From positions 1-50,386 of the forward strand of contig JALNLM010000009.1 in the NCBI GenBank assembly GCA_023254095.1: 50,386 nucleotides of DNA. Reading direction: 5' to 3'. This DNA comes from Candidatus Geocrenenecus huangii. Lineage in GTDB: Archaea; Thermoproteota; Nitrososphaeria_A; Caldarchaeales; Wolframiiraptoraceae. Under the pieces are notes generated by a model. The model was not told where the DNA came from. It ran no database searches and saw only the letters and a program-made list of their open reading frames with translations. Each line of letters starts with the position of its first letter. The first letter of the stretch is position 1. A program made the position numbers and the translations under genes. Below are positions 12,154-20,948 of the stretch, one piece after another.

Positions 12154-12272
12154 CTGATTATCTCTCTAATAAAACGCTGTCTAAATAATTGGCGGATAAC
12201 TATATTAGAAACATACTTACGGTCGAATATTTAATATAGCATTTTATGAGATAGGAGCTAAGGAAAGTTGCA

Positions 12273-13327
12273 TCAGAGACTTCTCAGAGATTCTTTAATA
12301 ATTTTAGCGTAGCGTTCACTTACTATTTCCCAGTCGTAGCGTTCTGCGTATCTTACACCTTTCTGAGAAAGGTCTCTTGCTAGACGATCATCATCGAGCA
12401 AAGCTATTATTGCTTCTGTCATGCTCTTTGCATCTATTGGGGTGATTATACCTGAGCCGGAATTCTTAATAATCCAGCTCTTTCTACATTTGTCATGACG
12501 ATAGGTCTACCGCAGGCCATCCATTCAATAAGTTTGACAGGGAATCGACCTCCTAATGAAGTCTCTTGCGGGAGAATACATACTCTACATTTCTCTATCC
12601 ACCCAGGCAGCATTGAATGTGGTATGTAGCCAACTATTTGCACGTTTTTAAGAATCATTTTTTCCTTAAGCTGGGAGATAAACCAATCTGGTACCTTACC
12701 TATTAATATAAACTTTGCACTCCGCCTCTTCTTTAAAACTTCTTCCATAACTTGTAAAAGTAGCCTCGATCTAAATTTTGCAAATGTTCCATAATAAAGT
12801 ATGTTTTCATTTCTGGGTATAGGTGAACTTTTAAACAATTTTGTATCAACGCCGAATGGAACTACAGACAATTTAATTGGGTCAATCTTATAAATATTTA
12901 TCAATTTTTCTTTAATAATTTCCGTCGGTACAATTATACGCGCGACTCGTTTATCGTAAATAATCGGGTTTGGCGGTAAATCGAACCGTGGATCATCAAG
13001 ATGAAGAATGAGAGGGACTTTACCCATAATTCTATAAGTGAGCTGAGGAAAAACAGTATCTATAAGCCAAAAACCATCCGCCTTCGATATACTCATAAGT
13101 ATTCCAGCTAAAAGACCTACAAAAGGTACAAGATATCTTCTGCCTCTGCTAATAGGTATAAAACGAATATTGTGAGGAAAGATCTTACTGCCCATAACTG
13201 AAAAAATTGCTACATCTACCCCATGTCTTGGGAGTCTTCTAGCGAGTTCCCAACGATTAACATTACTAAAAGGAAAATGCGATACTAATGCAAACAGCTT
13301 TACCTTTTCATGATTTTTTCTTACCAT
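12273..13327 (-). pseudogene. GT4 glycosyltransferase with a 1-bp deletion near 12480; paralog of 9202..10266
   Basis: After GRPIVMTNVE the alternate frame continues SWIIKNSGSGIITPIDAKSMTEAIIALLDDDRLARDLSQKGVRYAERYDW...RSL* (TGA at 12273-12275), matching the paralog's SWPVRESGAGIITPIDPK... Confidence 0.88.
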
Positions 13328-13807
13328 TTTTACTCGCTACTAGAATCTAGAGAGAAGTATAAATTATATGCGGAATTGCGCTCTATAAACCTCGTTGTCT
13401 TCTAAGGAGTGTCTGATATAAGCTGAAGTACTGGTTGAAGGTTTTCTAGTTATACTATATCAGGATTCGATTATAAGCATCTAGAATATAGGCGTAGGTG
13501 CTTGGAGGTACTCTGCTCTTTCTAATGTTTCATTTTTTCATCGAGGTCTTTCTTTTAAGTTTATGGTCTAAGCAAGGCCCGTAGCCGATTTATTTAGTAA
13601 TTTAATGAAGATAGGGTTATAGCTTGAGATTGTATCCATGCCTACTCTCATAAGCAACTATAAATTTTGAAATCCCTCTCTCAAAACTGTGTTTAATAGC
13701 TTTACAACTTATAAATATCTAAATCTATATCTGCTTTTTTGAAACTATTAAGTAAGCATTTTTATGGGTTTAAGCTTATCATTATATGCGAGCTTATTGG
13801 GATTAAG

Positions 13808-13840
13808 TTTATATTTCCTTAATGCCATATTAACTTAAGG
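13808..13840 (+). promoter_or_regulatory. TATA box and candidate antitoxin operator upstream of vapBC
   Basis: TTTATAT at 13808-13814, followed by inverted repeat CCTTAA(13817-13822)...TTAAGG(13835-13840) just before ATG 13848. Confidence 0.45.
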
Positions 13841-13847
13841 TTTAATC

Positions 13848-14123
13848 ATGATTAGAGCTAAAATTGACGAGAAACTTGAGCGGAGGTTTAGGGAATTAGC
13901 TATGAAGAGGTTTGGTTATGGTAAGGGAGCCCTTACCAAGGCCGTTGAGGACGCTATCCTAAAATGGATATCTACTATTGGGGAGGAGACGGTATCTTTT
14001 GAAGGTGACCCAATTAAGATCCTAGACGGCATCCTTTCCGGGATTGATGTAGATGCTGTCAGCCTCCAGCACAAGATAATGGCTCTTTGGCTTTCTAAGG
14101 TGTCAACAAATGTATCTGATTGA
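13848..14123 (+). CDS. Putative antitoxin (ribbon-helix-helix-like, VapB role)
   Basis: 91 aa, RAKIDEKLERRFRELA...GALTKAVEDAI RHH-like pattern; overlaps the PIN gene. Confidence 0.75.
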   Translation: MIRAKIDEKLERRFRELAMKRFGYGKGALTKAVEDAILKWISTIGEETVSFEGDPIKILDGILSGIDVDAVSLQHKIMALWLSKVSTNVSD

Positions 14124-14535
14124 CACAAACGTCTTCCTAGAAGTAATGCTTTCACGTGAGAGGAGTGAAGAGTGTAAGGAGCTTCTTAGAATGCTTAAAG
14201 AAGGTAAACTAGAAGGAGCAATAACCGATTTCACTATTCATGCTATAATCGTTCTACTCGATAGATTCAAAAAGCTAAATGCTCTAAAATCATTTCTACA
14301 AAGTCTAACAGTATATAAAGGTCTGTATATCTACACTACATCTCTACATGGAGAGATAAAAGCTGTTGAGCTGGCTACAGAAACAGGGTTAGATATGGAT
14401 GACGCCATCCAATATTATGCCGCCTTATCAGTTAACGCCGAGGCCATAGTATCATACGACAAGCACTTCGATAATTTGAAGATCCCGCGAAGGGAACCAA
14501 AAGATATAGTGGAGTCAAGACCACAACAATTTTAG
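14110..14535 (+). CDS. vapC: PIN-domain ribonuclease toxin (VapC family)
   Basis: YLIDTNVFLE...LDMDDAIQY...IVSYDKHFD conserved acidic residues. Confidence 0.92.
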   Translation: MYLIDTNVFLEVMLSRERSEECKELLRMLKEGKLEGAITDFTIHAIIVLLDRFKKLNALKSFLQSLTVYKGLYIYTTSLHGEIKAVELATETGLDMDDAIQYYAALSVNAEAIVSYDKHFDNLKIPRREPKDIVESRPQQF

Positions 14536-14701
14536 AGATTATTGAGGGAGTAGGAATATAATATCACAAAAACTCATAAAAGAGCTTGAAGTAGGCTAAA
14601 ACTTAGACTGATTTAAGATGCTGGATGGTCATGTTGACCTCTTAGCCGCCTCTCTTACCCTCCTCCTAAAAAGAGGTTTGGAGATGGATCCAACTAAACT
14701 T

Positions 14702-14782
14702 TCAAAGGTTTGCTGCAATATGCCTAAACTCTTTATCTTCTCTCAATATTCTCAGGATCTCTTTCTTAATATCTAGAGTCAT
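14702..14782 (-). pseudogene. 26-codon N-terminal stub of a coiled-coil/PD-(D/E)xK (DUF3782-like) gene
   Basis: MTLDIKKEILRILREDKEFRHIAANL* resembles the N-terminus reconstructed at 16561 (LKKxFLKLLEKDVEFRTALIGL). Confidence 0.65.
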
Positions 14783-14857
14783 CCCTGAGCTTCATCAAAT
14801 AATTGTTCCACCTAGCTTATAAACATCTAGAAGAAGGACGAGTACTTGAAATATTTG

Positions 14858-15316
14858 TTAATGATTTTTCTCTTTTACTCTAAGTTTTATCTCGGCTATC
14901 TTAGATAGATTCCATCTTCCATATTTATTTACCATGATATATCTTGATTTACTTAATGTTTTCAACATCTCGACGATCTTTTCTTCTACGTTATTCTTAT
15001 CATATATCACCTGGTAGCCGAGGGAGAGTCCTGACAGGAAGCTTCCAATCTTCAGATTCTCATTGAATTGCTCAAGGTCTAAAATATGTGCATCGAAAAC
15101 CACTTCGTAATTAAACGATCTATTCAATAGCATTTTGACCTCCTCCTCTAAATCCATCTTCTCGTCTAGACCGCTTATACTATCGATTAGTATTAGGATG
15201 TCTACATCTCTACCACGTCCAATATAGATGCTGCTACCGAATAAGATGATGGACACGAGCCTAGTACCTAGAAGAGTTTCCAGCATTCTAACGATCCTCG
15301 ATTCTAACCCCTTCAT
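14858..15316 (-). CDS. Minimal nucleotidyltransferase (MNT) antitoxin
   Basis: IILFGS...GRDVDILIL motif; overlaps the HEPN gene. Confidence 0.88.
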   Translation of the reverse strand: MKGLESRIVRMLETLLGTRLVSIILFGSSIYIGRGRDVDILILIDSISGLDEKMDLEEEVKMLLNRSFNYEVVFDAHILDLEQFNENLKIGSFLSGLSLGYQVIYDKNNVEEKIVEMLKTLSKSRYIMVNKYGRWNLSKIAEIKLRVKEKNH

Positions 15317-15743
15317 CTTCTAGATACCTCTTAGCCTCTAGAAATGCCTCTTCTGCAAGCTTTATGGCTTTCTCAGCTTTCTCCTTAGGGATATACTGGC
15401 TTGGCTCGATAACTTTTTCATCAATTATAAATGGGTATCTACTTCTCGTATAATATTCTTGGAGTTTTTCTAGTGCCTCAAGAATTTTATCGAATCCTCT
15501 TCTCCAATCTTCTTGGAAGGTTTTTAAAAAGTATCCTGCTAGTCTGGGACCATGATTGTAAACATACTCGCCTTTAACTTCAAGCATAGCCTTAACGGCT
15601 TTCTCTACACATTGTTGAGAGAAGAATATAGATGCAGGATAATCTTCTGCTTTAAGCATATTTTCAGCTCTCTTAAGATCTCTCAACGCTTCTCTAATAT
15701 AGCTTCTAGCAAATTCTTTAAAGAGACTCATCCATACTCTCAA
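15288..15743 (-). CDS. HEPN domain protein
   Basis: A..DL..A, SQQCVEKAVKA, H, and YTRSRYP HEPN signatures. Confidence 0.9.
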   Translation of the reverse strand: MRVWMSLFKEFARSYIREALRDLKRAENMLKAEDYPASIFFSQQCVEKAVKAMLEVKGEYVYNHGPRLAGYFLKTFQEDWRRGFDKILEALEKLQEYYTRSRYPFIIDEKVIEPSQYIPKEKAEKAIKLAEEAFLEAKRYLEDEGVRIEDR

Positions 15744-15807
15744 ATAATATCTTATAACGCATGGTTTTTATAGTTTCATCTAGATTCCTAGAGAATCGAG
15801 AATGGTC

Positions 15808-16561
15808 TCATCTCATATATGATGCTATTAGCTTTATCTTGTTTTCTTCAGCTATCTTCTCAGCGGATGGATGTATATAGTATCCGAACATAAGCTTATA
15901 CTTTTCAGCTTCTATAAGCTTCTCCACCCTCCTAAGCCTTGAGATAAATTCTTCAACATCTCTTTTATAGATCCTAGACTTAACTTCGCCTAGTATCATG
16001 ATCCTCTCTCCAGCTTTAATTCCTTCTCCATATAAATTGACTTCGACTTCTTCCCCCTCCACGACCAAGACCTCTCTATAAAGTTCTTCAACCTCTATGC
16101 TTTCATGCCTATAGAGCCAGCCTGGGACGACTACTCTAGCATTATCTTCAAGGCCGAAACCTAAATATCGGATAATTGGCCTACTTGTACAGCAAGATTC
16201 CTTAAGGCTTCCTCAGTTCTCTTCTGGGCTAATACTAGTTCTTCAAGTCTTTCTTCAGTTCTCTTCTGAGCTGATGCTAATTCTTCTATTCTTGCTGTTA
16301 GACGCCCTAAACTTTCTTCCGATCTTTTTTGAGCTAGCGATAATTCTTCAACAATTCTCTCCAACCTATTTAGACCACTTGTCAACTCTCTTAATTCTTC
16401 TTCTGTCATCTTTTGTGCTTGAGCTAGACTAGATACTGATTCTTCCAATCTTGTATAGGTTCTTCTAAGTTCTTCGAAACCTATTAACCCTATTAACGCT
16501 GTCCGGAACTCTACGTCTTTTTCAAGAAGTTTTAAAAATCCTTTTTAAGTTTAGCGACCAT
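15808..16561 (-). pseudogene. Coiled-coil heptad-repeat protein with C-terminal PD-(D/E)xK-like domain (DUF3782/DUF1626-like), two 1-bp deletions
   Basis: Adding one base near 16536 and one near 16164 yields MVAKLKKxFLKLLEKDVEFRTAL...(AQKRTEE repeats)...VGQLSDxxGFGLEDNARVVVPGWL...ILGEVKSRI...IASYMR, 251 aa. Confidence 0.85.
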
Positions 16562-16890
16562 ATCAACTCTAAAACTCCTCTAGACCGTCTAATATATAAA
16601 AATGTAGTAGAAGACCACCTACCTTATAGAGTGATACCTCCACGATTGATATAATAAGTCAAGCAGTTTAGATGCTATAAATGGTGCAAGTAAAGAATCT
16701 ACTCCAACTAGAATTAAGAAAGCTCCAAAATACGCTTTCATAGTAACATGCTCAATATGAGCGAAATCAACGATCTTCGTGACATTAAAAATTAAAAACA
16801 ATAAGGAGTGAATAGCCAGTTAATGTAAAGAAGTTTATATACGTATAGAAGGATTTGCTGGCATGATCTATAGGGCATGGACTAGGCATT

Positions 16891-17151
16891 CTAGAATATT
16901 CCTAGTTTTATTGCTAGCTCGGATGCAGGAGTTTCTGGTGAGAGTTTTACGTATGCTTTCTTTTCTCCTAGAGATGTGATCAACGTGTTGACTTTTACTA
17001 CTTTTACATTATACAGTTCTTCTACGGCTTTCTTTATGTCTTTCTTTGTTGCTCTGACATCCACTATGAATGTTATCTTGTTCTCTTTCTCTATAAGCGA
17101 GACAGCATCCTGAGTAATCACGACTCTCCTAATTATCTCTGATGCTCTCAT
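16891..17151 (-). CDS. rpl23: 50S ribosomal protein L23 (uL23)
   Basis: [46 protein letters not shown]. Confidence 0.97.
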   Translation of the reverse strand: MRASEIIRRVVITQDAVSLIEKENKITFIVDVRATKKDIKKAVEELYNVKVVKVNTLITSLGEKKAYVKLSPETPASELAIKLGIF

Positions 17152-17981
17152 CCTAGACCACCTAGTAGCAACTCATCAATCTTCTGGAAAGCATTAACAC
17201 TATAGATTGTCAATCTTCCAGGCTTGGCTCCGGGAGCAAGATGGAGAACACTTAAGTCTTTTAGTTTGACAACATCTACTCCGGGAATGTTTCTCGCCGC
17301 GTCCGATATTCCGACGTCTTCTAGTACTACTATTAATGGACCAACCCTCTTCTTGTATCTTCTACCACGTCTCTTGCCTTTCCCCGCTCTAATCTTCTTT
17401 TCTCTACATCTTTCGAGCTCTTCTCTGAGACCAATCTTCTCGAGAAATCTTACAAGTTCTTTAGTCTTAGCTACCGATTCTATCTTCCCATCGACTACTA
17501 TTGGTAGAGAGATGTTCTCCGGCACTCTATGCCCACGTTCTATTACCGCTCTTGTAGCACCCGTAAATGCTACGGCGGTTATCAATGCTATCTTCTTCTC
17601 TTTCTTATTCAATTCCTTATGTATCTTTTTCTCGGGTGTTGGTGGATGGGTTGGCCGTCCTCCGACAGCTGATGGGACCATTCCACCTGCTTGGGCTTTG
17701 CCTGTACCTGAAGCGTTTATCCTGGAGATTCTCGCCATACCATATCCTGCGCCCCATGAATCTACAGAGTATTTATGTCCAGATCCCTTGAATGCTCCTT
17801 TAGGTTGTAGGCTGTGAGTTTGAAGGTGTATGAATGCTCGGGATACTAGGTCTATTCTTAAAGGTGCGTAGAAAACTTTCGGGAGAGATGCTTCACCTAT
17901 CTTTGACCCCTCAAGGTCTATGACCGGTATCTTTCTCTCGACACCTTCAGATGCTTTAAGCAATTCTACTATTATACTCAT
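17148..17981 (-). CDS. rpl4: 50S ribosomal protein L4 (uL4)
   Basis: [34 protein letters not shown] and [11 protein letters not shown] motifs. Confidence 0.97.
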   Translation of the reverse strand: MSIIVELLKASEGVERKIPVIDLEGSKIGEASLPKVFYAPLRIDLVSRAFIHLQTHSLQPKGAFKGSGHKYSVDSWGAGYGMARISRINASGTGKAQAGGMVPSAVGGRPTHPPTPEKKIHKELNKKEKKIALITAVAFTGATRAVIERGHRVPENISLPIVVDGKIESVAKTKELVRFLEKIGLREELERCREKKIRAGKGKRRGRRYKKRVGPLIVVLEDVGISDAARNIPGVDVVKLKDLSVLHLAPGAKPGRLTIYSVNAFQKIDELLLGGLG

Positions 17982-18964
17982 CCTGGAACACCCACCATTA
18001 CTATATGAGGTGCTTCACGGATGGGTGGAGGCTTAGCAGGTATTCTTAATACTACAGGTCTCTTAGGGGTTCCTGGAACTGTTCCTTCAAGTATTACTGC
18101 CTCTGTCCTAACTATTCCATAATGGGGGAATCCCCCCTTCGGAGTATATTCTTGCCCATTCTCGGTTATTGTGAGTATTCTTTTGTTGAACTCAGTTCTA
18201 CGATGATATCCGAGTTGACCAGCTCTTGGAACAGTATATGTTACGTAGGCGGGGCTTCTACCACCTATCGCTCCAACCTCTCTTCTAGTTTTCCTCTTCT
18301 TCCTAGGCATAATCTTTACTTTGTATCTACCTACTACTCCTTCGAATCCTTTCCCTCTAGTGACAGCTATAACGTCTATGTATTCCCCATTATTGAAGAC
18401 CTCGGAGATCTTTACTTCTTTACCTAGTTTGCTTATAGCGTATTCAAGTGCTTTGTCTATTGGTCCACCCACCTTTATCTCTATGAGGTCTGGCTTCTTC
18501 TTAGGTAAGCCGGCCAGCTTGGGTCTAGCTAGACCAATTATTCTAACTTCCTTCAGTTTGCCAATGCTGTTCTTCAGTTTCTCCAGTTTCTCTTTTTCAT
18601 TCGGTCTCCATGTAGGTATCTTCCTCTTAATTTCTTCAGGTAGACTGCTTGCCCAGACTCTCATGTATTCTTTTAACGTGCCGTTTTCCTCTATGTATCC
18701 AACTATTCCTGCAACGATTATTGGGGGCGTAGCTATCAAGGTGCCTACCTTCGCTATTTCAAGGCCTAGAGTCGGAGAACCTGGTGTATTATCAATGTAG
18801 TAAATGGTTGTATGTCCAGCTTTATATCCTACATATCCCAGGAGCTTGGGCTCCCCCTCATATGGAGGCCAATACTTTATTCTAGGAATGATGCGGCTAG
18901 CTCTACCTCTTGGAAGATAAGCTAGTGAGCCTCTCCTAGGAGCAGATTGCTTTCTATGTCCCAT
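17978..18964 (-). CDS. rpl3: 50S ribosomal protein L3 (uL3)
   Basis: APRRGSLAYLPR, GYKAG, RGKGFEG, PRAGQLGYHRRTEFNK and PKGGFPHYG motifs. Confidence 0.97.
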   Translation of the reverse strand: MGHRKQSAPRRGSLAYLPRGRASRIIPRIKYWPPYEGEPKLLGYVGYKAGHTTIYYIDNTPGSPTLGLEIAKVGTLIATPPIIVAGIVGYIEENGTLKEYMRVWASSLPEEIKRKIPTWRPNEKEKLEKLKNSIGKLKEVRIIGLARPKLAGLPKKKPDLIEIKVGGPIDKALEYAISKLGKEVKISEVFNNGEYIDVIAVTRGKGFEGVVGRYKVKIMPRKKRKTRREVGAIGGRSPAYVTYTVPRAGQLGYHRRTEFNKRILTITENGQEYTPKGGFPHYGIVRTEAVILEGTVPGTPKRPVVLRIPAKPPPIREAPHIVMVGVPG

Positions 18965-19125
18965 AAACCTTCTTCTAAGCCATCCATCTAAACTCCTACG
19001 ATAAAAATATTTTCTTTCTCGTATATGCGGGCTCCAACAATTTTTCTAAGTGTAGAATGATCTTTAAAGATCATTATTCTCTCTATCTCTTCTTTAAAGT
19101 TTCTAGAAATATTGATTGAGTATTT

Positions 19126-19785
19126 CTAGTAAACGGCATGAGCCTTGCCTCGTAATGTTTCCAGATATTTAATTGCTCGACATGATAAGTCTGAGATTCT
19201 TACTTCTTTAAAGTATCCGGAATCATAGATTTTCGCTAGAGTCGTATCGGAGAGCATGGTATTGAGTTTCGGGATGGCCTCGGAAACTCCTAGTTCCTGT
19301 ATAGTTTTGATAGTGTATGCCCTAGTAGATGGATCAGGATCATCCAGTAGGTGGAGTAGCTTATCCTTTAGGTTTATTCTCGCCTTCAGGATCTTCCTAC
19401 CTATCCTCCCTAAGGCATAGACAACGTATCTGGTTTCTAGTTCATCGTTCTCTATGAGTGAAGCGGTGGGGTTGATGAAATCGTTAAAAGACTCTTCAAG
19501 AAGTCTACCGATCTCTCCTACAACTATAGGTGCACCTCTACAGTATCCACCGTTTTCCTCATTCATGTACCAGAACATTCTTCTAACAATTTCTTTAGCG
19601 GTCTCTGGGTCTTCTCTATGGATTAGGTGGCAGAGGTATCCGATCGCCTCAGCTGCTCTAAACATGTAGACTTCATCTTTGTAAAGATAGGATATTAGAA
19701 TCGATAATGTCTTCTTGATACTGCCTATCTCTGCAAGTCTACTACACTCTCTTTTCTCTAATATCTCAAATATTTCTCTCTTCAT
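19126..19785 (-). CDS. HEAT/PBS-lyase-like repeat protein (DVU0298-like)
   Basis: Helical repeats; RRMFWYMNEENGG..RGAP..GEIG resembles the DVU0298 family signature as I recall it. Confidence 0.65.
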   Translation of the reverse strand: MKREIFEILEKRECSRLAEIGSIKKTLSILISYLYKDEVYMFRAAEAIGYLCHLIHREDPETAKEIVRRMFWYMNEENGGYCRGAPIVVGEIGRLLEESFNDFINPTASLIENDELETRYVVYALGRIGRKILKARINLKDKLLHLLDDPDPSTRAYTIKTIQELGVSEAIPKLNTMLSDTTLAKIYDSGYFKEVRISDLSCRAIKYLETLRGKAHAVY

Positions 19786-19786
19786 T

Positions 19787-20275
19787 TTATTCTTCTTTTA
19801 TCGATCTTTCTAGAAGCTGGATAGGTCTCCATTCTTCCTTTATAGTGTCTAGGACGATGTACGTGATCGTTCTCTCGACGTACTCATTTGCAAGCAGCGT
19901 TTTAATAAATGTGCTTAGTTCCTCCCTATTTCTGAATCTTGCTAGGATAATGGAGTCTGATTCCCCTGTTACATCGTAGACTCCATATACGTTTGGATAG
20001 GAGGCGATCGCTCTCTGGACTTCGAGCAGTTTCCCATGTTTTATCCTAACATGGACCACCGCTGAGAATGTGTAACCGATCTTAGTTGGGTCGACTAGAG
20101 CCGTGTATCCTTTTATGATGCCATTCTTCTCTAATGCTTCTACACGGGAGACAATAGTTGAAACTGATACTCCTAGTTTTTCAGCAATTTTTCTAAAACT
20201 TGCTCTACCATCTCTTAGAAGTTCCGCGAGTATCTTGTAATCAAGGTCATCTAATACTATAGGTCCTTGGGCCAT
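19787..20275 (-). CDS. Lrp/AsnC family transcriptional regulator
   Basis: LDDLDYKIL..L..DGRASFRKIAEKLGVSVSTI HTH plus YDVTGESD RAM domain. Confidence 0.95.
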   Translation of the reverse strand: MAQGPIVLDDLDYKILAELLRDGRASFRKIAEKLGVSVSTIVSRVEALEKNGIIKGYTALVDPTKIGYTFSAVVHVRIKHGKLLEVQRAIASYPNVYGVYDVTGESDSIILARFRNREELSTFIKTLLANEYVERTITYIVLDTIKEEWRPIQLLERSIKEE

Positions 20276-20438
20276 GACCTAATAACTCTCCAATATAAGT
20301 TAGCTTCTTCGATTAATATGTCTTATTGATGCTTACATGGATAGTGGTGAGGTCTCTCCTTACGGTATTGGATGTTAATCTCTACATGTCGTATATTTGG
20401 GGTAAATGTTTTTATTCTTATTTTTACGAGTCTAATAC

Positions 20439-20921
20439 ATGGTTGTTAAGATCTCCGAAATAACAGAAGAGATTGTAGACCTGTTGTCTAAGGATAACGT
20501 AGTTGGGCTCGCCACACACAGGCATCTCCCACATGAGAAAGCTATCTATATGAGGCATGGAGTATGCGGTTTCTCGATAGACGTTATGCTTGAAGAAGGT
20601 GGCGTGAAGACTCTCTACTCAATACTTGTTAACGCTGAAGCCAAACCTAAGAAGAAGATAGTAGATAACTGGATAAAATATGGTGGAAGAGTAACATACT
20701 ACCTGACTGTAAAGAGTGAGAAGGGGTTGAAGACAAAGAAGAAGATCTCGACCTACCGTGATGGAGAGCACCTCTTCAGGCAGGTAGAAGAAGTTAGACA
20801 AGCATTTTATAGAAAGTATAAAGAATTGAAGATGAAGCAGGAGGTTGCACCGGTCAAGCTTGAAGAAGAAATATTCCACATGGTTGGGATAGAAGAGAGA
20901 GATTTATTTCTAGGAGTATAG
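20439..20921 (+). CDS. Hypothetical archaeal protein with His/Cys-rich motif
   Basis: 160-aa ORF with plausible composition and an ATHRHLPHE...HGVCG motif; first gene of a divergent unit. Confidence 0.7.
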   Translation: MVVKISEITEEIVDLLSKDNVVGLATHRHLPHEKAIYMRHGVCGFSIDVMLEEGGVKTLYSILVNAEAKPKKKIVDNWIKYGGRVTYYLTVKSEKGLKTKKKISTYRDGEHLFRQVEEVRQAFYRKYKELKMKQEVAPVKLEEEIFHMVGIEERDLFLGV

Positions 20922-20948
20922 ATAATAATACGTTCAGGAAGTAGTAGA

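Noticed and set aside
12151-12234. Possible sixth lesion: deacetylase TAG followed by 26 further open codons
   Set aside because: All catalytic motifs precede the stop and the length is normal; this cannot be distinguished from a natural end without homolog alignment.
14620-14712. Short imperfect hairpins that might be a MITE or IS end
   Set aside because: No second copy, terminal repeat pair or transposase in the window.
16161-16448. Repeated TCTTC...GTTCTCTTCTG units resembling a CRISPR or tandem repeat
   Set aside because: They are the coding heptad repeats (AQKRTEE) of the coiled-coil gene, with no unique spacers.
16619-16801. 60-aa hydrophobic ORF downstream of rpl23
   Set aside because: No recognisable family; it may be a membrane-protein fragment, but support is insufficient.
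17224-18800. Long antisense ORFs over rpl4/rpl3 (and similar ones over por, fixC, nth)
   Set aside because: They are antisense shadows of well-conserved genes, Ser/Pro/Ile-rich with no motifs.
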